This document shows positions 1 to 13,595 of a DNA stretch of 64,000 bases, in pieces (positions within the stretch are counted from its first letter, which is position 1; every line of letters starts with the position of its first letter). Location of the stretch: positions 125,344 through 189,343 of the forward strand of contig MNCI01002152.1 in NCBI GenBank assembly GCA_015680685.1, given 5' to 3'. Source of the stretch: Gnetum montanum. Lineage: Eukaryota; Plantae; Gnetophyta. A program made the position numbers and the translations under genes. The notes beneath the pieces are model-generated. The model saw only the letters and a list, made by a program, of their open reading frames with translations, was not told the DNA's origin and searched no databases.

Positions 1-2625
1 ACCACTCAGAGCATGTTAAACATTGCAGAGGCCATGAGGATTCCAAAAAGGCATGTAAAGTATAGCAAAATAAAGAGGCTAGACCTAAACAACATCCCTT
101 GGTTTAAGGGAGGCTACGACGTTGATTCACAAAATCATCTCCAAGCCTTCTAGGATGCATGTGCCTTGCAGAATATTGAGAACGATTAGCAAAAGTTGAA
201 ATTATTTCAAAGGATACTCATTAAGGAAGCAAAAAAATGGTACCAATCCTTAGAACCAGAATTAATCAAGTGGTGAAGTATGATGTTAGAATTGTTTAAT
301 GATAAATATCAAAGGTACTCCCGAGTTTCCAACCTAAGGACACAGATCCAAGGGTGAAAACAAGGAAACCATGAGCCCCTAGATGCTGCTATTGGCTGAT
401 ACTACTCTCTATTACATAAGTGTCCCAGCCATGGATATTCTCAGCTTGATCAACTCCACCATATTATAAACGGGCTACGATCCAAAATAAGGAAAACCCT
501 TGGCTTCTATGCTCAGGGGAGACTGACAGAGTTAAGTGCCCCTCAGATCCAAAAGTTAATTGAGTATGTATCCAGGGAGGAGGCGAATTGAGAAAGCAAG
601 AAAGTGTAAAGGAATATAATAGGGATCCTTCCATTCACAAAAGGAGGGTTAAATTTTACAATAGTGAGGATGAGTCAACAAGAGATGAGGTCGCTAATAA
701 GAAAACCTTACCACTCTAGAAATTTTAGTCCAAAATTACAACTAAGGTTGACCAATTACGAGACTCTATGAACAATAAGTTTCAAGATATTTTAAAAATT
801 GCTGAAGAGTCTAAGGAGCAAAGTTTTGAGCATGAGCACCAACAACGTAAGGAAGCTAAACATGCTATATCCAAGGGTAAGGATAAAATAGCTGCAATAG
901 AGATGATTGTAGACAAAAAATCAGATGATGATGGCAAGTGTGACATCTAGTATGAACATCCTGAGGGATGTTATCCAATTGTGTCACACTTGTTGGAATC
1001 TAGAATGTATGCCTTACATCCATGACTTGCACAAAGGCAAACACCCAAAAGATTGCCTTATCCAGAAGGCAACTGTTGATAGTTCCACCAACCATAGCAG
1101 TATTATCCAAGTGGATATCCACTGTAACCTTATGAATTGTACTAGCAGTGGCAGAAATCACAATCATGGATGTTAACACATCCAAGACAACAATACCCCT
1201 ACCGGAAACCAAATCCCTATGGTTATTATGTTCAGCAACCTTCATCTCCATAAAAATCTTCTGGCCATGTTGCTACTTACCAACCTCACCACTACCCTCC
1301 TAAAGTTTACCAACCACCATATGCAAGGAGGGACACCACCTACTATCCTAATGCTCCTCTTGTTCCTACACCTACTCCTCTCCCTCCTACATAGCTACCA
1401 CCTACTCCATCCATGCAAGGTGAATTATCTACCCAACCATAGTAAAGAAATGCTACAAGGATGATAAATCTGCAATCGATTAGCCAACCAAATGGGTCAG
1501 AACCACAATCAAAGAAAAGACCTTTCTTCCAACCTTGTAATCCACTAAAGCCCTCAGACACATTAGTGGTTGGTGGCCCTACTCCTCCACCTTCCTCTAC
1601 ATCACCTTTATACAAGTCCCCTTCAAATCAAAATCCCTCTCAAATCCATATCATAATGTTGACCCATGTTGTATCTGATTAGATTTGAGCCGACAACCTA
1701 CCTAGGAACTTAGCCAATCTCAAGAGTCCCTTGGTATATTTGCAAATTGTTGGGAATGAGCCTTGTAAAGCTCTTCTTAACTCTATTTTTGGTGTTAATC
1801 TAATCTCGCATGAGATGTACACTACATGGAACCTTTCTCCCTTGAAGAAGAGCAACATCAATATGGAGTTGGTAAACCAATCCATCACTATTCCATTGGG
1901 ACTGGTAGAAGACATCATGACCACCATTTGTGGGTGGTCATATCCTGCCAACTTCTTAATAATCAAGGTGGAGAATTGCAAGGGGGCCTTCCCAATTATT
2001 ATGGGAAGGGCGTGGTTAAGAACTGTTCATACCAAAATGGACATTAAAGATCTTTCTTTAGAAATATCCAAATAAAATTAATTTGGGAAGATCAAGAAGA
2101 AGAGGGTTCCATGTATTGCATACAACAATTCAATATGTCATTGTGTGCAGAAGCTATGGTCAGTGAAGCTAACATCTACCTCTGCATGCAAGCAGTGTGC
2201 ACCAAAAGCTGAAATCCAAAGATGTCTGTATGCAACAGCCACAAAAAAAAGAAGGCATCCAATGGCTAAAAGCTAATTCTAGCAGTAGTACATTGTGCAT
2301 GAAACCTACTGAGGTCCTAACATGTCATTATGTTGCAAGTATGGATGAACTCAAGAAATTTCATCACCAACTCTCCAAGGGAGTAAATGATGATATCAAT
2401 TGGGAAGAGTTGGAGATTCCTAATAATTTCAAACAAAAGTCCCTTGAATGAAAGACACTACCAACCATAATGGAGTATGTGTTCTTAAAAAATGAAAAGT
2501 NAAAAAGTCCCTTGAATGAAAGACACTACCAACCATAATGGAGTATGTGTTCTTAAAAAATGAAAAGTTGGTCATTATTAATGCCAAACTTTCTACAAGA
2601 CAAAAGAAGATGTTGATGAATGTTG
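1..2625 (+). mobile_element. Degenerate Athila-like Ty3/gypsy fragment (gag, aspartic protease, start of pol), cut by the window edge and truncated at ~2625
   Basis: The gag frame reads LDLNNIPWFKGGYDVDSQNHLQAF*DAC...KLKLF...EAKKWY...LFNDKY with many stops. It is collinear with the minus-strand copies at 15-17.5 kb and 25.4-27.9 kb. Confidence 0.85.
1731..2075 (+). pseudogene. Retrotransposon aspartic protease (degenerate)
   Basis: KALLNSIFGVNLIS matches KALLDSGSGVNLIS in the 26 kb paralog. PLGLVEDI and FPIIMGRAWL motifs are present. Confidence 0.85.
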
Positions 2626-2987
2626 TGGAAAAGAAGATTCAATCACCCCAAAGGTAGAGGCAAGAATTTATTAAATTATAATTTAGATTTCTCTTCTATA
2701 GAATGTTGGATGTGTGGTGAAAGAGGTCATGTGGCCTCTCAATGTTATAGTAGCTTTAGGATGCAATTCAAGAATAAATCTGCTAAAGTAAAGAATACCA
2801 ACTTCTATACAAGCTAGGATGATGGAGAGCAGAGTGGAGAAGAAGTAGAGGAAGATGCAAAAAATTCTCATCTCATCTGCATGACCCTCACTAATGGTGA
2901 TTCATCATACAATGAACTAAATGATGATTAGAGGTTTGATTTATTTTGTAAACAACTTTTAAATTTTCAAAATATTTGCACTTAGTT

Positions 2988-3427
2988 TGAAGAGCAATCG
3001 AGGTACCCCTACACTCAACCATATGAATCACAAAGCGTTCACATGTGATCCAGTTGAATTCTTTGGACTCTATATCTTTTGGTACACTAGTCTCCTAGGA
3101 AGTGAACTTTACCCTAACAATCATTCATTGTCTTCCTAATTACACTTGTGATGTACAAAAATATGGTTAAGTTTAGTTGAGGCATTTTATTTTTATTATT
3201 TTATGTTTTATGATCCTTGTGCTTAAAATAGAGAAAAGAATTAATTTAATAACTAATTTAATTTATCTAATTAACTAATCTCTAACTAGTCCTAACATAA
3301 GAATCTGGTTCTACTTTTCGTACAGTCCTGAACCCACGTATCCACTACTAGGATTACCAAGCGCTATGCTGCTAGGCGAACCAACCAATAAATAATTTAA
3401 ATTAATAACTACTTTGATGCTTCATCA
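2988..3427 (-). repeat. 3' LTR (internally deleted) of the env-only Athila-like element
   Basis: Matches 8438-~8840, then jumps to the terminal actttgatgcttcatca shared with 9383-9399. Confidence 0.85.
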
Positions 3428-3639
3428 TATCCCCATGACTAAATGAAAACTTATCCTTGAATTTCTTTACAAAATTGAAAAGTTATGGGATTATTGACTA
3501 GCTCTTGACATAACAAATCAACATAACAAAAGTGAGTTCCTGAGTTTACAAATCAACAACATTACAAAAATTGTGGTGTTCATGACACAAAATTGAACAC
3601 CATGACATGACTACTTAAAACTACACAACACATTCTTTG

Positions 3640-6524
3640 ATGGCATGAAGGTCGTTGAGAAGATCAAATAGTCCTAGGTGGTGGAGCATCCTAAGATTTT
3701 GAATGATCTTCACTAGCTTCAAGCATGTGTAGTGGCTGAGGTGGCTATGGTTGTCTTGCTATGGCTAAAACCTTTAATGGAAGGTGAAAGGCATTAAGTA
3801 AAGCCTTCATATTCTTCTTACTCTATGGATTGTTCATAGTCCACATGGCATTGCTAATGTGAAATGGAATGGGGATATCCCATGGACAATGCATTACTAG
3901 GAACAAATCCTTAACATTGATAAATGAGGCAGTGAATTGTTTGTGTTTAACATCAAATGCCCTAAATGCATTTTTTAGCTCCTTGAAGTCACTCATTATT
4001 TGGCTAGGTTCTTGGGAGTAGACCTTTGATTGGTGTATTTATCCTTGAGAACCTCAAGTTCAACATTTACCATCACAAACTTTTATTTGGTGTCCTTATG
4101 ATGCCTAAAGTTGACCTCATATAATAAGTACGAGCTAGCCACTTACTTTTGTAGTTTTGATCGCAGTCGTCTGGTAGTCAACATAACCAAATTCACATAA
4201 TGGAGATTAACAAGCTTCATGTATTCCATCATTTCCTCTATCTATAACTCCTTTTGGTAAATTTCTATTTTATTGTACTGATCAATCCCATCAATGATGG
4301 GTTAGCATAATTCATGTCCTTGTTGGAATTACTAGGGGATCTCATTCACTTTTTCCTTAATTACTTAAATATGTTTTTCATTTACTTCTTTTTGTATTCT
4401 AACCTAGTCTCTGTAGTGATCATTGACTCTCTCAAATTTAAGAGCCTTTGATTTCCAAGTAGCTACCTCTATTGTAGTCTTTTGGTGAAAAGCATGAACC
4501 TCCTCCATGAAGAGGTTTCTATTCTTACCTACCAATCTCCTTAGCTCTATGTTTTCTCTAGCTAGTTGCTTCTGCTATTGATGGATAAAGCTAGTCAAAT
4601 ATTATTTATGCTCATCAACATTTCATAGGCGATGGTTCTCTGCAGTCAATTGCATATTCACCTAGAGGGTCAAATCCAAGGCCTTCTAAATTTTTTGCTA
4701 GGTAGCCTCTATCAAAAATCAATAGAACACTGTCATCTCCATCACATCCTCAACCCTTTTCAGTCTAGTGTGAAGCTATTCAAGAGCTTCATCTCTTGTC
4801 AATGATAGGTTGAGAAATGTAGGGTTGGCAATTTTGGCTCTTAATTCAACAACTTCAGTAGCTAAGAATTTGTTTAGCTCCTTGGCTATTTTGAGTTTCC
4901 CTTTCAAGATAATGTTTTTTCCCTTTATATCTAGCAGCTCCAACTAGGTTACAATAATACTATCTGGAAGATCAAATACATCAAGAAGTAGTTGCCCAAT
5001 TCCCAACAATCAGTCCACTAGTTGTTCATGCTACGCTACACTTAATCTACCATTCATGATTCCTATGAATGTTTGCACATCTTTAATTGTAGTGATGTCT
5101 AGTATAGACACCATAGGTTCATTGAGGGATTTGGTGATTATGTTAACAACCACCTCTTCTACTATTTCTTACCCTTGGTGCTACATTACTAGTAATGTTG
5201 CCCCATCATCTTTCTCCAAGTGTACTAAGAAGGTCACGATGTTTCCAAAAATATTTGGAAGTGGATGTTGTTCTACAAGAGATACCATTACCTCCCTAGT
5301 ACTAGGATTTGACCTCATGAACAACTATGTTCATTGGGTTGAGAAAATGGGTCCACCTCCTTCCATCGAGTTGACTATTTGGGCCACCTCATTTAGGTGA
5401 CTTGTCACTGCCCAATACATAGATGGATCTTCATCACTTGTGCTTGCTCATTTCCCTTGTTTACTCAAGAGCCATTCTTAGTATTTGTGCAACTGTTGAG
5501 ATATTGCAATGATATTTGACATAATTTTTTCAGTGACAAGTGGAGGTGGTAGTTGCTACTCCTCTTCTTGAATGGTTGTTGTAGGCATTTTATCCTTCAT
5601 CATCTTTGCCCAATTAGAAGTTAGAGCATTTTTGACAACATCATTTGTATAGCAGATTATTTCCTCCCTCTGATAGAGTTTTCTAATGAGGCATGGGAAT
5701 AGGAGTTCCTTCCTTCCATGTTCATTCTCTTTAAACCACTTTTCTATCTTAAAATAGATCAATTGTGGAAGGTTAATAGGAAATGTCCCACTTAGAATAG
5801 CACACATATAAGAAGAAAAGATAGTGATCTTATTAGGCCTCATTGTGGGGTTTAGGTTAAAAGTTGCAATCTTGTAGTGAATTCTTTCAGTTGGTGTAAG
5901 CACACCATACTCCTTGTAGTCAACACCATAGTGCTACTACATCCATTCATTTTTCATACTAGGGTTTGTCTACATTGGAATCTTAGTGAGATTTGTCCTA
6001 TTTTCTAGTAACCCAAGTGCTTTAGCAATGGCCTACATTGAGTAGGACACTAAGATGTCCTTGATTTTGACCATTGAACCAGCTTGCTTATGGTTCCAAA
6101 ATAGGAATGTCTCTCCCATGTATCACTCCCTATTGGAAGTGATAATTGACCACATGGAAGAGGTATTTAGTTGGCCCTATACTTCCTTTGGTGCTTGCTC
6201 TAACAAAGAACCAAAATTTAACTAGTAGAGCACTATTTTTTAGACCTCCCTAGATCTGATTTGATTTAGGAAAGCTTTTGTCAAGGTCATCTCAAGGTTT
6301 TCTTGCTAAGCTAGTGCCTCATCTCAGTGGGAATGTTCTATTGCTACTGCTAGTTCTGGGATTTGATGAATAGATTCCACTTCAACCTCTTGCCTAAGAG
6401 GACCTATGTCATGGATTGCAATTGATTCTTCCTAGGCTTGTTCTTGGCTCCTTTCCATTCTTAGTCATTTATTTCTTATTTAATACAGTCCTCTTTCCTA
6501 TGTGTATTTGCCTTTTGGTGCCAT
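3640..6524 (-). pseudogene. Athila env-like ORF (degenerate; domain resembling 'putative plant transposon protein' plus coiled coil)
   Basis: Starts MAPKGK right after a TAG acceptor-like site. The fragment at 5556-5903 reads ...MCAILSGTFPINLPQLIYFKIEKWF...LLFPCLIRKL. There are many stops, and the 3' limit is approximate. Confidence 0.65.
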
Positions 6525-8418
6525 CTACGATCACAACACATCCATGGATTATTAGATATAATGTGTAACTTCGAATATTTGAATACCTTATCTCATTAGC
6601 TAGTTATACTTGGCTATGGTTGGACCATGGTAGATTGATTTTTTTATTATTATTTATTTTTATTATCAATGTCACCGAAGCTCATTGGAAGGGTTTAACT
6701 CTTGTAGTTTGGTGTTTAAATTTTTTGACTGAATTTGGGGTCCACAAAGTATCAGAAAAGCTAAGAATATGATGACATTATTGAAAAAGGCCTTAAAAGC
6801 TAAAAAGTTCAAAAAATTTTATGGAGAATGTGTGCACCAAACAAAATATTCTGATTGTAAGAATTCCTATGGATAAGGTGCTTAATGAACCCAACCAAGA
6901 GATATGCAAGTAGGTCCTCTCCATAGCAGGTACATGCCTTGTTTGCCCTTGCATAACCTCAACCTAAGAAATCCATGGGTCCCATAGTCCATTAATGATT
7001 GATGAAATTTAAAGAACAAAACCTAGAAGATTCTACCAAATAATTCACATACATCAGACAAAGACAACAAATCAAGAACATGGACACTGATAGTGAAGTG
7101 AGTTATGGGTAGCATGGATGGATGATGAAGAAGCTGGAATGGAATTCTAAATTAATTTCATAAGAATTCCCTTGTGGTTTTGTGTTCTAAAATAAATTGA
7201 GAAGATCTATCCTTAGTATAGACCAAAACCAGCCACTTTTAGTGACTTCGTATTGCCACTCTAAGATTGATCCACCGCCTCAAGACACAAAAGTGTTCCA
7301 ATAGAACAACCACCATTCTATAAAGAGAAGAAAAGAAAAGTATGAAGTCATAGAGGGCCTTAGTTCAAAGGGACCTTTAGGCATGGGTAACATGTTTTTC
7401 TAGTCCCATAACCAACGCTTGTAGCCCATTTATTTGTCTAATGGATGTTCTTTAAATTCCTATCATGTTTTTTTTTCTTCTTCTTCTTTTTGGTTACCTT
7501 ATTTTATTTTTTTTCTTTTCTATTCTTTCTAGATGGGAATCACACAATGCAAATACTTTATTCAAATTCCTATTATTAGTCAATAGGGAATGGTAAGAGG
7601 TCTATGAAAGCACTTATGCACCTAAGCAAGTAGAAGAGTACAAAGAGTATTGAGTCATCTTGAAGTCACACCTTATGTAAACCTTTGAATCCTTCCCAAT
7701 TCTAGAAACTCCCAAGGTCATAAATTTATTAAAATTTTATTTAATAAAAGGGACCTCATACTTCCAAAACAAGAAAAATCATAGAGTTTGTGAATAGGTG
7801 GATGTTGTGGACTCATTGCCTATTTCTGGTAAAAGAAACCATGACTTAGCCATTGGTACAAAATTTCAAAAATAGAAACTAGACATTAACAAAAAAAACA
7901 TTAAGCACAAACCACCATTAGTAATAGCTACAACATCACTATGTCCTATTGGCACAAAGCATTTTTATTAATAAAAATTAGAGAATCACACTAACATAAA
8001 GTAAAATATATAAGAAAGTGTAAAATATTTAAGAAAAACTTAAATGTATGAATGATGATGTAAAACAAAAAATGTTGTAAAATAGGAAAATGTTTTAAAA
8101 TCAAAAAGGATGTAAAATAAAAAATTTGTAGAAACAAAAGTGTGTAAAACAAAAAATAGAAAAATTGAAGAGCCATGTATATGATTAGCATGGATGGCCA
8201 TCTCCTTCACAACTAAGTTGGAAGCAGTAGATTCAAAACATTGAGCATGGTTTAGTATCATCATGCCTATGAGAAAAAGACATTTTGTAATACAAATAAG
8301 ATACTAGTGTTCTTATGTGATTATATTTATTGTAAAAATGATTTTGACCTTAGGGCTCATCCAACAATGTTAATGATGTTCACTAAACCTAGATAGTGCA
8401 TGTTTCAAATAAAAAGAG

Positions 8419-8437
8419 TCCTTGGAAATGGCACCAA
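8419..8437 (-). promoter_or_regulatory. Primer binding site (tRNA-Asp type, degenerate)
   Basis: The reverse complement TTGGTGCCATTTCCAAGGA resembles the Athila consensus TGGCGCCGTTGCCGGGGA and abuts the LTR. Confidence 0.7.
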
Positions 8438-9399
8438 TGATGAGCCATTGAGGTACCCCCTACACTCAACCATACAAATCATGAATCATCCACACATGAT
8501 CTGGTTGAACCACAAACTCTATATCTTCTGGTACACTAGTCTCCTAGGAAGTGAAGTTTATTCTAATAATCATTCGTTGTCTTTCCAATTACACTTGTGA
8601 GGTACAAAGGTATGGTTAAGTGTAATAGAGGCATCTAATTTTTATTATTTTATTTTTTATGTCCTTGGTGCTTAAAATAGAGAAATAAAGTAATTTAATA
8701 AGTAATTTAATTTAACTAATTAACTAACTTGTAAGTAGTCCTAACATAAGCATCTAGTCCCACTTTCAGTACATGTCCTAAACCCACGTATCCACTACTA
8801 GGATTACCAAATGCTATGCTACTGGATGAACCAAGTAATAACACTACTATAATTATTGAGCAAATACATGTTTACATGCAAAGTGGCCATACTTATGTGT
8901 TTAATTTATTTAGCCTAATTAATTAACTAATCACTTGGAGTCCAATTTAACTTAATTAATTGCATAATTAATTAAAATAGAAAATGCACAAATAAATCAT
9001 TAATCTATTCCAAGTACTACAAGGTTTGATCAAAAGGCTCATCTTTATTGCCATTCACACTAGTATGTTCTGGTATAATAGTGCTTGAATAAAGATCTAT
9101 ATACTTTTTGACTTCTACTATGGGCATTGAGAGAAATATTCTAACTCTCAAATGATAAAAACTGAAAGAGCTCTACTACAACTATGAATTGACTCCCTCA
9201 TAAACAAGGCTAGTGAGTGTGTATTTATGGACTTTATTGTGGAGCTATGTCAACAAGGCCCCATAGATGCAACAAACGCTATGTCGACGCAACCTCGTCA
9301 ATGAGGCAACATCACGTATATGGGGCCATGTTGATAAGGGCCCATCGATGAGGCCACATCAATGGAGGCCCATTGATGCAACACTTTGATGCTTCATCA
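8438..9399 (-). repeat. 5' LTR of the env-only Athila-like element
   Basis: Runs tgatgagcc...gcttcatca, is homologous to 2988-3427, and has the PBS adjacent. Confidence 0.85.
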
Positions 9400-10513
9400 A
9401 AGTGTAATAAATAAGTTAAGTTTAAAGATCATGACATATCCTTGTTAAATTTAACTATTTCTAATCTTAATAAATAACTTTCAAACCTAAGGGCTAATAA
9501 TGAGAAGCTAACATCATCCTTAGAACAGGCCAAAGTGGAAGTTGTAGATGTTAAATCGATAAATGAAAGATTAATGAAAGGAAAATAATCCCTTCAAATG
9601 GTACTACGACAAGGAAGAAGTCCATAAGCTAAAAGTTCACTTGAATTTTATTCCCATGAAGAAGAGCCTACATGACCATCATCACATCTAAAGGAATCAC
9701 CAAAAAGTAAGGGTACCATTTCAAAAGAAGCTCCTACCCATCAAAAGACTTCTAAAAGATTTTATCATTTTCATTATACTTGTTTTTTCTATAGTACAAG
9801 GGTTAGATGTTATTATTACAATGGAAGTGCAACTTAAAGTTCTATCATTTGAGTACCTGGTCATATCACAAAACTCCTTGGTTTTATCAAAGTGCATCAA
9901 GAAAGGATTTTATGCAAGATTCCATGGGAGACCAAATGACAACTTAAAAGACCAAAACTATCAAAAAGGGATGGAGAATTAAATAATAAAACCAAGGACA
10001 TTAGGATACTTTCACCAATAGATTCATAAGAGGAAGTGATTCCTTAGACATTGGAGAAGTTTAGTTAAGAGGAGAATCCTCAGAAGAGGAAACTCATTCT
10101 CTAGCTCTTTAAGCATCATCATCTTTCGATAGCATGACAGGTAGGTAGAAGAAATTTTTCTTTTGTTTTCAAACTTTTATTAAGACTATAGCCCATTGAA
10201 AACCTTCTAGAACCTCACCTTATTTTCGATGAAATATGTCTTTCAAAAGTAAAATACATCTTTAAGAAAAAAAAGACATCTCTTTGATCTTTTGAGCATC
10301 ATGAGCAAGACATCTTCTATAAGTAAAAGACATCTTTTGTAACTATAACATGCAGAAAAGATGTCTTTATGTCAAAAAAGATGTCTTCTTTTTTTTTCAA
10401 AGCCCTTACTTTTTTCCGTTATAAAAGATAAAATCCTCACTTTTGTTATATTCCTTTAGATCTATTCCATAAAGATGACTAGGATTCCACCACTTGTAAT
10501 GTTTTTGGCAAAG

Positions 10514-11400
10514 ATGGCCCACATGAAGATTGAAACATCTAGGCCACCACCCAAGAAGCACTCTAGAGGAAGTTCCAGTAGTATGCCATCCTTTTACATG
10601 CCTCAATTTCAAAGCCCAAGTGCTTAGCATAGGTTTGAGATAACTACTACTACTACTATCGTTTTTGAGCATTCTCTTGCTTTCCCAACTCATAGAAAAC
10701 AAGCTTTGTTAGATAACTTCAAGCTCTTGAATTGGACCAATTTTATTTTCATGAATTTTCTTGTCCCTAAGGAGCTAATTAAGGAATTCTACTATAATAT
10801 TGTAATCTCTAATGCTATTCTTGGGGTATTCACATCAACTATTGGGGGAATTTTTGTTGATGTCTCTCCCCAAATTGTAAATGCACTTCTGGGTATCTCT
10901 AGTCCTAATGTCTTCTAAGTTACCATTGATACTATGCATGATATATACACCAATGGTATAATTCCCATAAGACACGATGAATTTTGTGATGTGTTATTAG
11001 CAAACATATGTCTTTTGAATGGGGTTATATTGAGAGGAGAATAATGACTTCTAATACCTCCACCTTGCCACTTATTGTTTTGTATATCATCTTAGTAAAG
11101 GGAGGTAGCTACAATTCTCTATTTCCATCCTAGAGTTTTGTACTATATTGTTTTCGTGTAGGTTTACCATTGAATCTAGGGTATACTCTTTGTCGAGACA
11201 TTTTAATCCTCTATGCTAAGGGGAAAATCCTTGAACATCCTTAACTCATTAGCTTGTTGATTCTCCAAATGGGTGTACCTATACTAAAGTTGCCTTTACT
11301 AAAAGGTAAAAGGAGTGTCAATGAGTAGGTGGAGAAGAGAAGTACCTCCCATGTAGCTAAAGTAGGACCTAGCACCAAGCCTTAAAAGCCAAAGAAAGAA
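10514..11400 (+). pseudogene. env-like ORF of the SIRE-like element (degenerate)
   Basis: Starts MAHMK at 10514 and contains VPKELIKEFYYNI...IGGIFVDVSPQIVNALLGI, the EFY.N...G..(V/I)...I..LG pattern of plant env-like/transposon ORFs. End is approximate. Confidence 0.55.
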
Positions 11401-12493
11401 GCATACCCACATTTAACAAGATCCAAATTCACCAGTGCTCAACTTAGTTCATCACTAAAGAAGCTTCTTTGGCCATTTGCATGAGCCATCAAGAAGCTTG
11501 GACATGAACCTCTTACTTGTGTAAGATTTTAGATGTAGTTGGGATTTCACCTCCCTCTAATTAATAAGTGTTTGAGGAGCTCACTACTCCTCCTATCTCT
11601 GATAGTAATAAGGATGTTCCTACACCACCATGGCATTCTTTAGTAGCTAGAGCCTCATGTACATATGACTTTGGGATGGAGTTAGATTCAGAGCCTAAGA
11701 CATCCCTAACTAGTCTCTAGGGGAAGTACCATGATCCAATCCCTCCTACTTACTCCATTCCATCTCCCATTTATGCTCCTAGCTCTTTTGAGCAATGGGC
11801 TATGAAGAGCATTTTTGGAACCATGTCCCAATGGGTTCTAGTTTAGTAGCTACTAGTTCCTTCAACTCCACTAGCTTCCTCTTTGTTTCAAGTGAAGCTT
11901 CATCCTAGGTGGGCTCCAGTGTAGTAGGTTGAGTCCTTAGATAAGGACACTTAGAGATATAGCCATCCCAGCATTAAGAGTGATGATGATAAGAAAGAGA
12001 CTTATCATCCATATATAGCAATAATAGATTCTGAGTTAGAGGATTCTACTAAGGTTAGTGATTATGACCTTGGCTAGTTCTTTATTCTCTCCTTTTGATG
12101 ATAAGAAAGGAAGAGATATTTTTGGCTTTCACATATGTGATTTTGGACCTTTGCACATATGTGATTGATGTGGTATGACCATTACAAATAGTTGTTCTCT
12201 TGTGATAGTATGTTATATAACAATTTGTGGATGATTATGGAAAGATAGTATGTTTTTTTAGTTATCTCTATGTGGTTTACCTTTGCCATTTATTTGTGCA
12301 TTTATGTTCCATTGAAACTCCACACTTATCCTAATCCCTAGCTACCATAGGAATTTATATGTATTAATTCTTTACTTAATCTATGGAACTTTGTTTCTAT
12401 GCTTTTGTCCAAAAAGGAGGAGAAGTAGTTTATATGTTGGAACAAGACTAATCCATTTTCTTAAGTCTTGAACATTACAAAAAATAGGGATAT

Positions 12494-13594
12494 TGCTGAT
12501 CTTTTGCTATGTCAAAACCTTAAGGAAAATGGAGAACATAGGTTGATTATGTATGTGTGTGATTATTATGCTTATAAGACAAAACCTTGGAAGAATATCT
12601 GTGAAAGTTTGAAGAGCATGAACAAGGAACAATGAATTCATCATGAAAAGGAAGGTGAACAAATATTTCTCTAAGAAATAAGACATCTTGGAAGAATTAA
12701 AGGTCTCCCAAATAAAGATATCTCTAAGAAATAGAAAATGTCTTTCATCAGGCAAAGACGTCTTTTCCCAAACAAAGACATCTTCACAGAATATAGGCCA
12801 GTCTTAAAAAGACATCTTTCTCTAGACAAAGATGTCTTCCCATAATAGAGATTTCAAAAAGACATCTTTCCTAGACAAACACATCTTTCTACAATAGAAG
12901 GAAAATATAGAAAGACATCTTAGGCATGAATAAGACATCTTTCATAACCATTGGCTACTATTTGCTAGCCATTACACAAGTTTCAAAATGGATTTAGAAA
13001 CATGGCAGCTATAAGAAGACATCATATGCATTTGGAAATATGCAAGCTTATGTGTAATCATTGTACAATAATTTTGACAATCATTGTAATCTCTATTTCT
13101 CTTCATTATATCATCACTTTTTCATTGTAAACTGTGCTATACCTCAATGTACAAGAATCAACAAACTGAGTTGCATTTATCCCTTGTAAATTATTCTCTC
13201 TTATTGTTCTATAAGGTTGATGTGCTTCTTGAAAGAAGGCTTCTTGCTTAAGCTTGTCGGGATCTTGAGGGATTGAGTGATTGGTGTTGTAGCATAATAC
13301 TTTAGAGTGAAACTCAAGATTGTAAAGGTTTTGAAAGCCTAGAAACCACATTCCAAGGCTAACAGGACATTGCAGGGTTGAGGGCTAGTGTTGTGGCACA
13401 ACACTCTAGAGCAAGGCTTGATGATTATACAAGGTGTGGAACCTTCAACCACATTTAGGAGCAACAAAGTCCAAAGGTACACTAGTGGTCCACCCTCTAA
13501 GTGTGGACTACCCAAGTTAGGAAACCACACTAAATTTGGTAGGTGTGCTTTTTTTTTTACAAAGTTTTAATTTGGGGAACTTATCCATTCCCAA
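12494..13594 (+). repeat. 3' LTR of the SIRE-like element, cut by the assembly gap at 13595
   Basis: Begins TG after a PPT-like aaaatagggatat. About 10 AAGAYRTCTT motifs at 12680-12941 precede a TATA-like ctataag at ~13009. Confidence 0.6.
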
Positions 13595-13595
13595 N

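Larger units (their letters stand above)
2988..9399 (-). mobile_element. Non-autonomous Athila-like LTR element carrying only an env-like ORF
   Basis: Both LTRs have TGA...CATCA ends. A degenerate tRNA-Asp-type PBS lies at 8419-8437 and a PPT-like ccccatgact just after 3427. No gag/pol motifs are seen inside. The flanks tagtt/aagtg may be a decayed 5-bp TSD, and the host Copia gag rejoins across the insertion. Confidence 0.8.
2626..13594 (+). mobile_element. SIRE/Sirevirus-like Ty1/copia remnant (gag 3' part, env-like ORF, 3' LTR; no pol), interrupted by the Athila insertion at 2988-9399
   Basis: A CCHC knuckle CWMCGERGHVASQC lies at ~2700. The gag coiled-coil tail resumes at 9400 (...ERLMKGK*SLQMVLRQGRSP*AKSSLEF). 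Multiple PPT-like purine runs occur at ~12105, ~12411 and ~12481. The LTR carries repeated palindromic motifs. Confidence 0.65.

Noticed and set aside
2435-2568. Perfect 66-bp tandem duplication
   Set aside because: The two copies sit on either side of the single N at 2501, so this is a contig-overlap artefact.
7991-8264. Hydrophobic F/Y/L-rich ORFs (also 25162-25344 and 59641-60148)
   Set aside because: Translations of T-rich non-coding retroelement spacers.
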